A stretch of DNA of 64,000 bases from a virus. A program made the translations under genes and the position numbers. The notes beneath the pieces are model-generated. The model had not been told where the DNA came from, made no database searches, and was given only the letters and a program-made list of their open reading frames with translations. Location: positions 24,996-88,995 of the IMG/VR virus record IMGVR_UViG_3300017706_000970; one strand, given 5' to 3'. Shown in pieces: positions 1 to 10,432 of the stretch. Each line of letters starts with the position of its first letter. Position 1 is the stretch's first letter.

Positions 1-96
1 ATTCTAACCTCACCTCCCGTAGCCGGATCCAGTTATAGTTCTCAAGGAACACAAGGATCTATAGACGTACCAAACAATTACGGGCAAGACTTGTAG
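1..96 (+). CDS. 3' end of upstream gene (probably baseplate structural protein), partial
   Basis: Open frame 1 ILTSPPVAGSSYSSQGTQGSIDVPNNYGQDL ends at TAG 94-96; lies directly before a late promoter and gp8. Confidence 0.5.
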   Translation: MLTSPPVAGSSYSSQGTQGSIDVPNNYGQDL

Positions 97-104
97 TATA
101 AATA
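97..104 (+). promoter_or_regulatory. T4-type late promoter TATAAATA
   Basis: Exact TATAAATA upstream of gp8 RBS (AAGGA) and ATG 121. Confidence 0.85.
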
Positions 105-120
105 AACTAAGGAATAATAA

Positions 121-2589
121 ATGTCCAACTTGCAATTTTCTTTCAATGTATCAGCAGCAGAATCGTTTCTTGATGATTTTTCAAGTGACTCAGATTCTTT
201 CTATCTGATGATTTCTCGGCCAGAATCGTGGCCAAATGAAAACACACCACCAACTTCTATGGATACATCGAGCAATCAATTTGATTCGTGGTCTTCTGCT
301 ATTGCTGCAAAGAAAATTACAAGTAAAGATGCGAGACTCGTAACAAAAAGATACGACTGGACATCTGGTGTAACGTATTCACAATTCTCAGATACAAATG
401 AAATTTTTCGTTCTGCGACATATGAATCAAGACCGTTCTATGTAATGACTCCGCAGTATAGAGTCTACAAGTGTCTTGATAATAACAGAGGATCGGTTGC
501 ATCTACAGTACAACCAACACATACTTATCCAGATTATCAAACGCCCGGGACCGATGGTTACTCTTGGCAGTTCATGTATCAACTCAAAGAAGAAGATCTG
601 GAATTTGTGACTGACGACTATATTCCAGTTTCAGTTGCCGGTTCAACCACTAAGATTGGAACAATCGAGTACCTTCAACGAGAGGTTCAGGAAAATTCCT
701 CGAATGGTGGAGTATTCGGAGCTAAACTAGATCGTTCTGGAAGTTACTGGTCTGAATCAGAAATAATGAGGAAGGGAAATAGTTCTGATGGAACATTCTA
801 CATAAAGCATTCAGTTTATGGTTTGGATAACACATCAGTATTCCCCACTCCACTCGGAGACGTAGATGCTTGCAAATGGACAGTAAACAATTCATATACC
901 GTCGGTCAGTATACAGACTGGGCACTAACTGATCTTGATATGGGAACAGGTATTATTCCGAATAATCCAACTTCCTATACTAAAATAGGTTTCTATAAGA
1001 AAATTCTCGGAACATCTGGTGGAGATATTTTCACCACAAGGTTTGAAAATACCCCATCGTTCGTGCCAAGTTCCAGTACACCGGCGTATTTTAATATTGT
1101 ACCTTACATATATGTTGCAAGTGGAACTGGGAACACATCTGAACAGAATGCTGTTATATATCCACTGTTTCAGGGAATTTCTTTCTCTACCGATGTTAGT
1201 GTACCAAGAGACTCAGACGGTATAGTAAATGAAACAAAGGTAATAACTGGCATTCGAGTTCTCGACCCCGGTTCTGGTATTACTGATCCCTCAATTCAGA
1301 TGTTAACCCCAACAGGTTCCACTGCTGCTGGAATTGGATTCCAAGCTTCCGCAGTTGGTTCGCCATTAGGTGGACATGGTTCTAACGCTCCATATGAATT
1401 AGGTGCAAACAAGGTAATGATTCGAACATTACTAAAGGGTTCCGAAGGCGGCGCGTTTGATGTTCAGAATGATTTTAGAAAATTCTCAATTATTAAGAAC
1501 CCACAACTTGCAGGATGGACTGCGGGAGTTACTGCCGGATTTGTTGCGGGAACTGCAACACCGAACTTCACTGACGTAAGAATACGAAACGAAAACAATA
1601 CTGCTGTTATAGATTTCCACACAGTGGGAACACCGGGAATGACTCACCCAGTAGACGCATTTGTTGTTGGACAAAAGATTCATCAAGGCGAATACAGCAC
1701 AACACAGGCAAGAGGAACAGTAACAAATTGGGTTCCAAATACTGCCGGAAAACTAACCGTGTCTGTAGACAACGGATCATTCAGAGCTTGTGTAATTCCA
1801 GATGAACGACCAAGTTCCGTGACCTCCGGTAGAATTTTCTACGGAGAAACAACAGGAACCGGTTACACATTTGGCGGAGACGGAAATAGTTTCGGTGGAT
1901 TTGTAGATTCCGTAACACACAGTAAGACATTCGTTAATGAATCATTCCCAATCGGATCTGTTGTGTATGGTATGGACTCCGGTTCTACTGCCAAAGTAAC
2001 TCGATTCGTTGCTGATGCAGATGGTGAACGAGGAATTATGACACTCACAGATAAAGTTGGTTCTTTCATTGCTCCTCGCGTTGCACTCGGAACTCAACTA
2101 GATGGCGAAAAGGTATTTGGTTTCCGATCACTTTCGGAAGATGGCACAGTTCAGCTGAGCAATTCTCCAGTGGGAACTATTACCAAAACCGAAAGTCAAC
2201 CAGTAAATATTGATGAGACTCACAGACTCACCACCAAGGTTCGGTCGTTATTTAACAGTCCACAATTTCAATTAGATTCGAGTCTTCTTGACTTGAATGT
2301 AAGTGCAAATTCAAATTTGTTTAGTTCGACTTTAGTTGGATTTAGTTATGCAACCGGAAGCACTTCGGGTGTATCAGGAAGCACCGTGGATATGTTCCTG
2401 ACATCCACAATAGGTTCAATAACATCAGGAAATGTAGTAACACTAAACGGTTTTACTGGTGAAGTTCTGGGAACAACTATACCGGAATTCTTGAGAAATA
2501 CCGGACAAGTGTTATACATAGAGAACGTAAGACCTGTAGAAAGAAATCCAGACCAAGACGAAGAAATCAAAGTCGTAATTGACTTTTAG
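121..2589 (+). CDS. gp8: baseplate wedge subunit (T4 gp8-like)
   Basis: Motifs RYDW..G..Y, FYVMT..YRVYKCLDNN, DGYSWQFMY, GGHG...ELGA..VM, NDFR.F.IIKNP, C-terminal G.VLYIEN..P..R..DQ.EEIKVVIDF. Confidence 0.85.
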   Translation: MSNLQFSFNVSAAESFLDDFSSDSDSFYLMISRPESWPNENTPPTSMDTSSNQFDSWSSAIAAKKITSKDARLVTKRYDWTSGVTYSQFSDTNEIFRSATYESRPFYVMTPQYRVYKCLDNNRGSVASTVQPTHTYPDYQTPGTDGYSWQFMYQLKEEDLEFVTDDYIPVSVAGSTTKIGTIEYLQREVQENSSNGGVFGAKLDRSGSYWSESEIMRKGNSSDGTFYIKHSVYGLDNTSVFPTPLGDVDACKWTVNNSYTVGQYTDWALTDLDMGTGIIPNNPTSYTKIGFYKKILGTSGGDIFTTRFENTPSFVPSSSTPAYFNIVPYIYVASGTGNTSEQNAVIYPLFQGISFSTDVSVPRDSDGIVNETKVITGIRVLDPGSGITDPSIQMLTPTGSTAAGIGFQASAVGSPLGGHGSNAPYELGANKVMIRTLLKGSEGGAFDVQNDFRKFSIIKNPQLAGWTAGVTAGFVAGTATPNFTDVRIRNENNTAVIDFHTVGTPGMTHPVDAFVVGQKIHQGEYSTTQARGTVTNWVPNTAGKLTVSVDNGSFRACVIPDERPSSVTSGRIFYGETTGTGYTFGGDGNSFGGFVDSVTHSKTFVNESFPIGSVVYGMDSGSTAKVTRFVADADGERGIMTLTDKVGSFIAPRVALGTQLDGEKVFGFRSLSEDGTVQLSNSPVGTITKTESQPVNIDETHRLTTKVRSLFNSPQFQLDSSLLDLNVSANSNLFSSTLVGFSYATGSTSGVSGSTVDMFLTSTIGSITSGNVVTLNGFTGEVLGTTIPEFLRNTGQVLYIENVRPVERNPDQDEEIKVVIDF

Positions 2590-2603
2590 GGAGTAATAGA
2601 AAC

Positions 2604-5600
2604 ATGCCTTCATATGACCCTGAATTGACATCGGGAGATCCATACTACGACGATTTTGATAAGACAAAGAATTATCTTAAGATTCTTTTCAAGCCAGGAT
2701 TCGCCGTTCAAGCAAGAGAACTCACGCAACTTCAAACCGCTCTTCAAACACAGATCGAGCGTTTTGGAGATCATGTCTTTAAGAACGGAACTCCAGTTCT
2801 CGGTTCTGGTCTGACAGAAAAGAACGTAGGTTATATTCGAGCAACTGGACTCAGTGAAGCAAACAGAGCTCTTATTGCCGGTGACTTCTTAACTGGTACA
2901 GGTGATAAATCAAATCTACGAGCGAGAGTAATTTCAACAGAAGCTCCTCTCTCTACTGGTGTAGATACTTTTCCAGTCGTGTTTCTTCAGTACCTAAGTG
3001 GCGGTGGAACTGCTGGTGATTCCTTTGGTCTGGGTGATCAAGTTTACAGCGAAACTCAGAGTGTCAACTTTGCAGTAAAATCTACCACAGGTGATTATGT
3101 TGCATCAACCGGCAATGGACTGGCATGTTCCATTGATACTGGTGTATTTTATGTTGATGGTTTCTTTGTTTATGTCAATCCACAAACCAACGTACCTTTT
3201 AGATTATCAACAGCCAATCAAATCGAAAGTCCATCTTCTGGTGAAGACGGAACGGCCGCCGGCGCATCAGCTGGTGTTCGTCTTTACCAATTCCCAACCA
3301 ACCGTGTCGGTCTTCAAATCAATAAGAAAATCATTGATAATATTGATGATCCTACTCTTGTCGATCCTGCAAAGGGTTCTTACAACTACTCAGCACCCGG
3401 TGCCGATCGGTATCAAGTAGATCCTGTTTTTAGTTCTAAGGTTCTAAACATTACTACAAACACTCCGTCTGAATTTATCGACGAAGATTTCGTAGATGTC
3501 CTTCGAGTTGTAAACGGTAAGATTACTAAGCGATATAACAAGACAGAATATGCTGAATTAGAAAAGACACTTGCAAGAAGAACATTCGACGAATCTGGTA
3601 ACTATACCGTCAAACCATTTAATGCTACTATTCTAAACAATCTTAGAATTGACAAGTATCAGGTAGATGTTACCCTAAGTTCGGCCGCGGCAACTTTTGG
3701 TATTGGAGATAATGTTACCAGTAATGGTGTTACTGCTGAGGTTCTCAATGTATTAGATCGAACGAACTTCATCGGTTCTACCGCACAGAGATTAATCGTA
3801 GACATGGATTCTGGAAGATTTGCATCTGGTATTAGCATGACCAACAATGAAAGTCCAGATCCAGCTACCGGAACCGTAAACGCAATATCTTTCTTACCAG
3901 ATTCAACAGGTATTTTTAGTGCAGAACAGGGTGGTACTGCATCTAAGTTAGCTGTATCCATAAATTCCGGTAAGGCTTATGTTTTTGGTTATGAATTCGA
4001 AACACAGTCGAAAACAAATATCTCTTCGGATAGAGCAAGAACAGATGAATCTTTAATTGGTGCTAATCTAAATGCTAATTTAGGCAATTTTATCGTTGCA
4101 GAGACAGATGCACTTCCCGTCAATGATGTAGCAATCAAATATTCTGGAAATAGATTTGACAGTTACCCATTCGATTCTGGTGTTTCTATATTAGGAACAG
4201 ATGGTCCTTTTGAATATAACAATTTACCCAAAGTAGATCTTAAAGGTAAGTTCATTCAAGTTAACATTCCATATAGAGCTAACGAAGCAGGAACGGCTAC
4301 CATTAGATATTGGGCCCCATTGTTTGCCACAGAACATGACGGTTCATTCGATAGTGCTCTTGTTATCGATAATTTTGCTTCCGCTACTATGGAATCATCA
4401 GATACATCTTTAATTGTGGGATCCGAATCTTCCGCATATTATCTGCCAACTTCAATTGACAGTCAAGGTGGTTATGTTAGTTCCGGTGCAAATTCTCCCG
4501 GTGCAAGTGCAGATCGATTTCTACAAAAAATAACTTTTAGGCAGAATTATAGAAGTGGTGTAAACTACAGCACAGGGCGAGGAATTGCACCCAGTTTAAA
4601 TGAATATGCTTCCTTTAAAGGTCAAATAGGAACTCCCGGTGCTACTTGTTCGTTTGTTCGACAAGTTTTCATGGGTAACATTGACGGTGATATCGGCTCT
4701 GGAAACGGACCAAATGCTTATGTTAGAGCTGGTGGTGTTGCTAGACGATGGGTTCCAGCGGAGTCTGTTACCTTTAGATCTGGCAGTTCGATGATTCTAC
4801 AATCAGCAGGGACCGGAGGGTTTGAGAAATCCGGTGGTGTTATTCAACAGGGTTGGGCTGGAATCAGCGGAACGATTCAAGATTGCAGTCCAGTTTCATA
4901 TGGGTCTAGTATTAACTCCATCATTAATAAAAATATATACGCACTTCCAGTTGCGGATGCTTATGTTACTGGGCAGAATGGTTACAATTCTGCATCTAAC
5001 TTTGCAGTTGGTGATGTAGTGAGACAGTTCCAATATGGAGCTACCGGAAGCCCGGCCGCCGGAGGATTTACGCTCGGTGCTTCTGGTGGTGGATATGCTT
5101 ATACTGATCCAACCAGTCTATCAGAAGCAATAGCTGAAGTTGTTGGTTGGGTGTTAACTGTAAATGGTCCGATTCTTTATGCGGAACAGGTATCAGGTGT
5201 AACCTTCGCAGCATCTTGTGGATTTAGTAATCTTTCATATCCCGGAGTTCTTCCCGGAATCGCGTTTGGTAACACATGTGATGGTTGTCCCGGAGCCGGT
5301 TGCACTGTAGGATTTAATGGTCTCATAGACTTAGTTTCCACTTCTGCTCCTTCGAGCGGAGCAACCGTAGATTACACATTCAAGTATGGATTAAGATCAG
5401 GTTTTACTGCCGACATGACAGTACAAGAGGTCAGGTTTGAATCAGACGATCCCGGTATTGTTGGTGATGGATATCTAAATGTACTTCAGGACGAAGGTAA
5501 AGTCGATGCAGACTTTAATGCGGGATCAGCTGCTGTTGATAATCAAACTGCGACGGGGTTGATTGATGCTGGAATAGTTTCCACTTCATATAAACATGGA

Positions 5601-8600
5601 CAAATAGTAGTTCAGTTTACATATAATGACTGGGACGTTTCGAGAATTGATTATAATGATTATAAGGGCGATCCAAATATAATCAATAAGGGTAACGTGA
5701 TTAGTTGGGATAATAGTCAAAACAAACTTCTGTTAGAAATCTGCACAGGGTTCCAAGGATTCCAACGCGATCTTGGTTACATATATGGTATCAGAGATAC
5801 ATCATGTGATATGGCTTTCGTTGGATATGGTGGAAATGGTATAAATTCAAATAGTGACGTTTCAGAAAACTTTAGTAATATCGTTGATGTGGCTGGACCT
5901 TATAATATTACAACTGCTAATTTCAATGGTTTTGGTTCATATACTGAAGGTGAAACAGGAACTCAACTTCTACAGTCCAAGAGTAATTTTGTTCCCGGTC
6001 GATTCTATTCGGTCGGTGAGAAAGTTGCTCAGAATGTTCCGGGATCACAACCAACCAAATACGCAACTGGTACGGTGGTAAATTTCACGGCAAGGAACTC
6101 AGGAAATTCTGCTGACGTTCAAGACACAACACTTCTCATTGAGTTAGATTCAACTAATGGTGCTTCTTTCGAGGTTGGTGCAAATGCAAAACCAATTTTA
6201 GAAGGAACACTTTCGAGTGCTTCGGGTGTAACTGGATTTGTTCCAAGTCCAACAGGTAAGGTCACAACTGTTCAGAATTCTTATGGACTAAACGGTGCAT
6301 ACTTTAATGGATTCCTTGGTACTGCTGGTTCTTCTATGGATCAATATACTACAACGCAGGTTCCAGTTACTATTGGTACAGCAAGAATTAGGCAAATTCA
6401 AGAACAATCAAATGACGCTCAACAAGTTTCACTCTTTGATGTGAATATGGGCAACAAGAGATCAGGTGTTAAGTTCTTCCTAAATGAAATGAACGCAGCT
6501 TTTTATGGATTCGCAAAACAAACAAACAGAGCTGGATTGGTTCAATCCGCCGGCGGCAAACTGTTTGATGTTCATCCAACTTATATTGGTAAGGTATTCA
6601 ATCCTGATCAGAACAAGTTAGTTTTCCCAGTTCCAGTAGGAGATGTAGTCAAGACAATTAATTCTCTTGACTACAGAGTAATCAAGTCATTCCCAATAAC
6701 CTTTGATAATCCTAGTGATCTATCTGCCGAGGCTTCTTCCGGAAATTCTAATATTCGATTCGTAGGAGGTGGAGTTTCTGGTGGTATAGTAGATGGAACT
6801 GATCTAAACAACTATATCATGGTAGATAATAATGGTAAGATTATGGATCTGTTCTCAGATGCCTTTACACTTAGAACCAACAACACAGATTTCGGTGACC
6901 TAGGCAAATTAACTGTAACCAAGAACATTGGCGGTGGTACTGGGACATATCCAGATACTACCAAGTTTGATCTTATTGCCATGTTGGATGTAAATCCGGG
7001 TGAAAGTATTACCACAAGTCCAATTAGATTCAAGAAACTAAAAGAAGTTTCAACCACACTCGCAACAGGTGATATTAAAACATCAGCCACTGGATTGAAA
7101 TACTTCGAATTATCGAATAATGATATCTACTCATTCGTTTCTGCCTTCGATGAAGGTATTTCAGCAACCGCCGATGTATTTAACTTATTCTCACTGGACA
7201 ACGGACAACGAGATAATCTTTACCAGAATGGTAGATTGTACATCTCAAATAATGGTTTAGAATCAGCTGGAACTGTTGCGGATGTTAAAGATAAAAAGGC
7301 AAACCTCGCCGGTCCTATTAGTGTAGTGTATAGGTATTTCGAACATAGTGGTATTGGACCATTCGTTTCCGAATCATACATCAACGACTCTCCTGCTTCC
7401 GGTGAAATTAAATTTACATTCGATGACATTCCAGAATATACATCACCCGATAGTGGTGAAGTTATTAATCTAAACAAGATTATTGATTTTCGTCCAACAT
7501 TCGATGGAATAAACTTCAACGCAGTGTTCTTACCTGCAAGTGGACAGTCGTTTAATATCTCATATTCTTACTTTCTTCCGAGAATCGATAAACTCGTTCT
7601 TACAAGAGACAAAGAATTCAAGGTAATTCAAGGTGTTCCCGCACTCGAACCCACAACCCCAGATAAGGTTGTCGATGCAATGGAACTTTATAAGTTCTAT
7701 ATTCCTGCTTACACATATAAATCAACGGATGTAATCTCCAAGTTCATCGAGAACAAGAGATTTACCATGCGAGATATTGGTAGTCTTGAACGAAGAATTC
7801 AACAAATTGAATACTACAGCACACTTTCTCTTCTTGAAAGACAAACAGAAGCCCTGTTTGTTAAAGATGAAAATGGAAATGATAGATTCAAGAACGGTAT
7901 TATTGTTGATCAGTTCTCTGGTCACAATATCGGTGACGTAAAGAACAAAGATTACAATGTCGCAATGGACTTTGAAAACCAAGAGTTGAGATCACCATTT
8001 ACTTCACGCAGTGTTGATTTTGATGTGAAGACACTCAACAGTCTTCATAAGACATCAGATAATCTGGTTATGTTACCATTTACCAGCGAATCACTCAATA
8101 CTCAACCACTGTCCACATCAACAGTAAATCTCAATCCGTTTACTGTTACAAACTGGTTGGGTCGGGCTAAATTGACTCCACCATCAGACAACTGGTATGA
8201 TGACACAAAAAACCCAGATGTTCTTGTGAACATAGAAGGTGAAAACGATGCGTGGAAGGCTCTTGGATCAAACGCATTCGGAACCCAATGGAATGATTGG
8301 AAGACAAACTGGGTTGGTTCCGAGTCAATGTCCGATACAATTCTGAATAAGAATGCAAAGGGAATTTCAAGAACAACTGACGTTACCTCCAGTAGGCAAC
8401 TTCGCACTGGAATTGAAACCCGAGTGGTTCCAGAAAGAATCGTAAAGGAAATCGGAAGCAAGTTTGTAGATCTAAGTGTCGTACCTTTCGTTAGATCGAA
8501 GAGTGTATCAATTACTGCTACAAACCTTCGACCAAGTACAAAGGTTCACGCATTCTTCGATGGAGCGAATGTAGATGAACATTGCACCTTCTCAGTGGAT

Positions 8601-10211
8601 GGTACTACTTACAGGTTAACTGAAGCCGACTTGATTACAGATTCGACTGGTTCGATTGCATCAAGTGTTAATTTGACATTTACCATTCCATCCGGTCAAT
8701 TCCGCGTTGGTGAGAAACTATTCCGACTCACAGATAGTGCAACTAATGTAGTTTCTGCCGCAACCACAAGTGCAGAAATGGTCTACCCAGTTGAAGGGTT
8801 AGTTGATACGAGAGAAGATATTACAATCACAACTCGCAAACCAAATCTAATTCGAAAGAGTGTAAATGAAGAAAGAATCATAACTGATACGGACACGGAT
8901 CTCTTCGTGAATGAAAGTTCACCAACCAATCCAGTATCACAGACATTCTTCGTATCACCATCAGAATATCCTAACGGTGTTTATGTTGATAAGGTAAGTA
9001 TTTACTTCAAGAGTAAATCAAACACACTACCAGTTACTCTTCAACTTCGACCAACTTCAAATGGATACCCTAGTTCTTCTATAGTGTACCCGTTTGCGGA
9101 AGTCGTTAAGAACGCATCCGAAGTAAACATCAGTGAAAGTCCAGATGTTGCAAGTGTTGGTTCTGCCACTACATTCACATTCTCTTCGCCAGTATATCTA
9201 CTTCCCGGTGAACATGCTGTATCACTTAAGACAAACAGTGACGAATACTCCACATACATTGCCGTCATGGGCGACAATCAAATTGGAACTGAGATTCCCG
9301 TTACAGAACAACCAAACCTCGGATCACTTTTCCGATCTGAAAATGCTGGTAAATGGGAAGCAGATACAACTGCGGATCTCATGATGCAGGTAAGTAAGTG
9401 TAAGTTTACTTCCGGTGGTTTAAATGTTCTAACCCTAAAGGAAGAAAAGGGTTCTGGTGGATATACCGACGAAATCAAACTTGATACGGGCAACTTGAAT
9501 GCCGAAGTTACAAACTGGCCTGAAAGTCGTTTCGATATTAAGATGAGATTTACACCAAACAATCCATCAAATGTCTCAGCAACGAGCACAGAATTTGCAG
9601 TAACGACGAATGAATCATTCTCGTTCGATAGTTCTCGTAAGATTAATCTTAACGTATCTGACACAAACGAAACATTGATTCTAGATGCTACGATTTCTGG
9701 AACAGATGATCATGTGTCCCCGGTATTTGATCTGGATCAAGTAAGTCTGATATCAGTTGAGAATATTATCGAAGGTGCCAAGGACTTAACGCCGGGTGGG
9801 GCCAACAATAATGGCGAACTAGACCCAGAGGCAAAACCAGTTGCAAGTGGATCGGTGCCAAGATCTCGTTATGTTTCACGACAGGTAAACCTCGCAGACG
9901 GTTTCGAGTCTAAGAATATCAGAGTAATTTTGAACGAGTTCAAACCACAAAACACTGATATACAGGTGTTTGTGAAACAACAACCAGCGGGCGAAGATGC
10001 ACCGTTCGAGAACGAACCATACGTTCAGTTGACTACATCGACAACAGGAACATTTGATGGATTCAGAGAAGTAGAGTATAATTTACCCGCAGACCTAACG
10101 GAAGCAATGGGTAAATTTGCAATCAAGGTTTGTATGTACGCCGACGGAGCTCCACTAAATACTGCGGTTGTTCCAAGAGTTAAAGACTTAAGGACGATTG
10201 CCCTCGCATGA
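2604..10211 (+). CDS. large virion structural protein, VrlC/DUF4815-like
   Basis: N-terminal PYYDDFD..KNY.KILFKPG.AVQARELTQLQT, APGADRY, LARRTFDESGNYTVKPF, NKRFTMRDIG.LE.RI..IEYY..LSLLE, DRFKNG..VD.F, typical of T4-like phages. Confidence 0.85.
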   Translation: MPSYDPELTSGDPYYDDFDKTKNYLKILFKPGFAVQARELTQLQTALQTQIERFGDHVFKNGTPVLGSGLTEKNVGYIRATGLSEANRALIAGDFLTGTGDKSNLRARVISTEAPLSTGVDTFPVVFLQYLSGGGTAGDSFGLGDQVYSETQSVNFAVKSTTGDYVASTGNGLACSIDTGVFYVDGFFVYVNPQTNVPFRLSTANQIESPSSGEDGTAAGASAGVRLYQFPTNRVGLQINKKIIDNIDDPTLVDPAKGSYNYSAPGADRYQVDPVFSSKVLNITTNTPSEFIDEDFVDVLRVVNGKITKRYNKTEYAELEKTLARRTFDESGNYTVKPFNATILNNLRIDKYQVDVTLSSAAATFGIGDNVTSNGVTAEVLNVLDRTNFIGSTAQRLIVDMDSGRFASGISMTNNESPDPATGTVNAISFLPDSTGIFSAEQGGTASKLAVSINSGKAYVFGYEFETQSKTNISSDRARTDESLIGANLNANLGNFIVAETDALPVNDVAIKYSGNRFDSYPFDSGVSILGTDGPFEYNNLPKVDLKGKFIQVNIPYRANEAGTATIRYWAPLFATEHDGSFDSALVIDNFASATMESSDTSLIVGSESSAYYLPTSIDSQGGYVSSGANSPGASADRFLQKITFRQNYRSGVNYSTGRGIAPSLNEYASFKGQIGTPGATCSFVRQVFMGNIDGDIGSGNGPNAYVRAGGVARRWVPAESVTFRSGSSMILQSAGTGGFEKSGGVIQQGWAGISGTIQDCSPVSYGSSINSIINKNIYALPVADAYVTGQNGYNSASNFAVGDVVRQFQYGATGSPAAGGFTLGASGGGYAYTDPTSLSEAIAEVVGWVLTVNGPILYAEQVSGVTFAASCGFSNLSYPGVLPGIAFGNTCDGCPGAGCTVGFNGLIDLVSTSAPSSGATVDYTFKYGLRSGFTADMTVQEVRFESDDPGIVGDGYLNVLQDEGKVDADFNAGSAAVDNQTATGLIDAGIVSTSYKHGQIVVQFTYNDWDVSRIDYNDYKGDPNIINKGNVISWDNSQNKLLLEICTGFQGFQRDLGYIYGIRDTSCDMAFVGYGGNGINSNSDVSENFSNIVDVAGPYNITTANFNGFGSYTEGETGTQLLQSKSNFVPGRFYSVGEKVAQNVPGSQPTKYATGTVVNFTARNSGNSADVQDTTLLIELDSTNGASFEVGANAKPILEGTLSSASGVTGFVPSPTGKVTTVQNSYGLNGAYFNGFLGTAGSSMDQYTTTQVPVTIGTARIRQIQEQSNDAQQVSLFDVNMGNKRSGVKFFLNEMNAAFYGFAKQTNRAGLVQSAGGKLFDVHPTYIGKVFNPDQNKLVFPVPVGDVVKTINSLDYRVIKSFPITFDNPSDLSAEASSGNSNIRFVGGGVSGGIVDGTDLNNYIMVDNNGKIMDLFSDAFTLRTNNTDFGDLGKLTVTKNIGGGTGTYPDTTKFDLIAMLDVNPGESITTSPIRFKKLKEVSTTLATGDIKTSATGLKYFELSNNDIYSFVSAFDEGISATADVFNLFSLDNGQRDNLYQNGRLYISNNGLESAGTVADVKDKKANLAGPISVVYRYFEHSGIGPFVSESYINDSPASGEIKFTFDDIPEYTSPDSGEVINLNKIIDFRPTFDGINFNAVFLPASGQSFNISYSYFLPRIDKLVLTRDKEFKVIQGVPALEPTTPDKVVDAMELYKFYIPAYTYKSTDVISKFIENKRFTMRDIGSLERRIQQIEYYSTLSLLERQTEALFVKDENGNDRFKNGIIVDQFSGHNIGDVKNKDYNVAMDFENQELRSPFTSRSVDFDVKTLNSLHKTSDNLVMLPFTSESLNTQPLSTSTVNLNPFTVTNWLGRAKLTPPSDNWYDDTKNPDVLVNIEGENDAWKALGSNAFGTQWNDWKTNWVGSESMSDTILNKNAKGISRTTDVTSSRQLRTGIETRVVPERIVKEIGSKFVDLSVVPFVRSKSVSITATNLRPSTKVHAFFDGANVDEHCTFSVDGTTYRLTEADLITDSTGSIASSVNLTFTIPSGQFRVGEKLFRLTDSATNVVSAATTSAEMVYPVEGLVDTREDITITTRKPNLIRKSVNEERIITDTDTDLFVNESSPTNPVSQTFFVSPSEYPNGVYVDKVSIYFKSKSNTLPVTLQLRPTSNGYPSSSIVYPFAEVVKNASEVNISESPDVASVGSATTFTFSSPVYLLPGEHAVSLKTNSDEYSTYIAVMGDNQIGTEIPVTEQPNLGSLFRSENAGKWEADTTADLMMQVSKCKFTSGGLNVLTLKEEKGSGGYTDEIKLDTGNLNAEVTNWPESRFDIKMRFTPNNPSNVSATSTEFAVTTNESFSFDSSRKINLNVSDTNETLILDATISGTDDHVSPVFDLDQVSLISVENIIEGAKDLTPGGANNNGELDPEAKPVASGSVPRSRYVSRQVNLADGFESKNIRVILNEFKPQNTDIQVFVKQQPAGEDAPFENEPYVQLTTSTTGTFDGFREVEYNLPADLTEAMGKFAIKVCMYADGAPLNTAVVPRVKDLRTIALA

Positions 10212-10432
10212 GTTCAGGATTCCTAAATATCGAAGGTAGAAAAGATTTGGTCAGAGATCTAAAGTCTGGCGCAGTTCTTTCTCAAAATAAAGAAGCGCTT
10301 CTTGCTTATAAGCAAAAAGGTGAAGATAAAGATCAGATTAGAAAACTACAAGAGCAACAAAATTCTTTGCAACATGAAATGAGTGAAATCAAATCCATGT
10401 TACAAACATTACTGACTAGAGGAAATAATTAA
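10208..10432 (+). CDS. small conserved hypothetical protein with C-terminal coiled coil
   Basis: IEG..DLVRD..SGAV motif, commonly found after VrlC-like genes; ATGA overlap with upstream stop. Confidence 0.65.
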   Translation: MSSGFLNIEGRKDLVRDLKSGAVLSQNKEALLAYKQKGEDKDQIRKLQEQQNSLQHEMSEIKSMLQTLLTRGNN

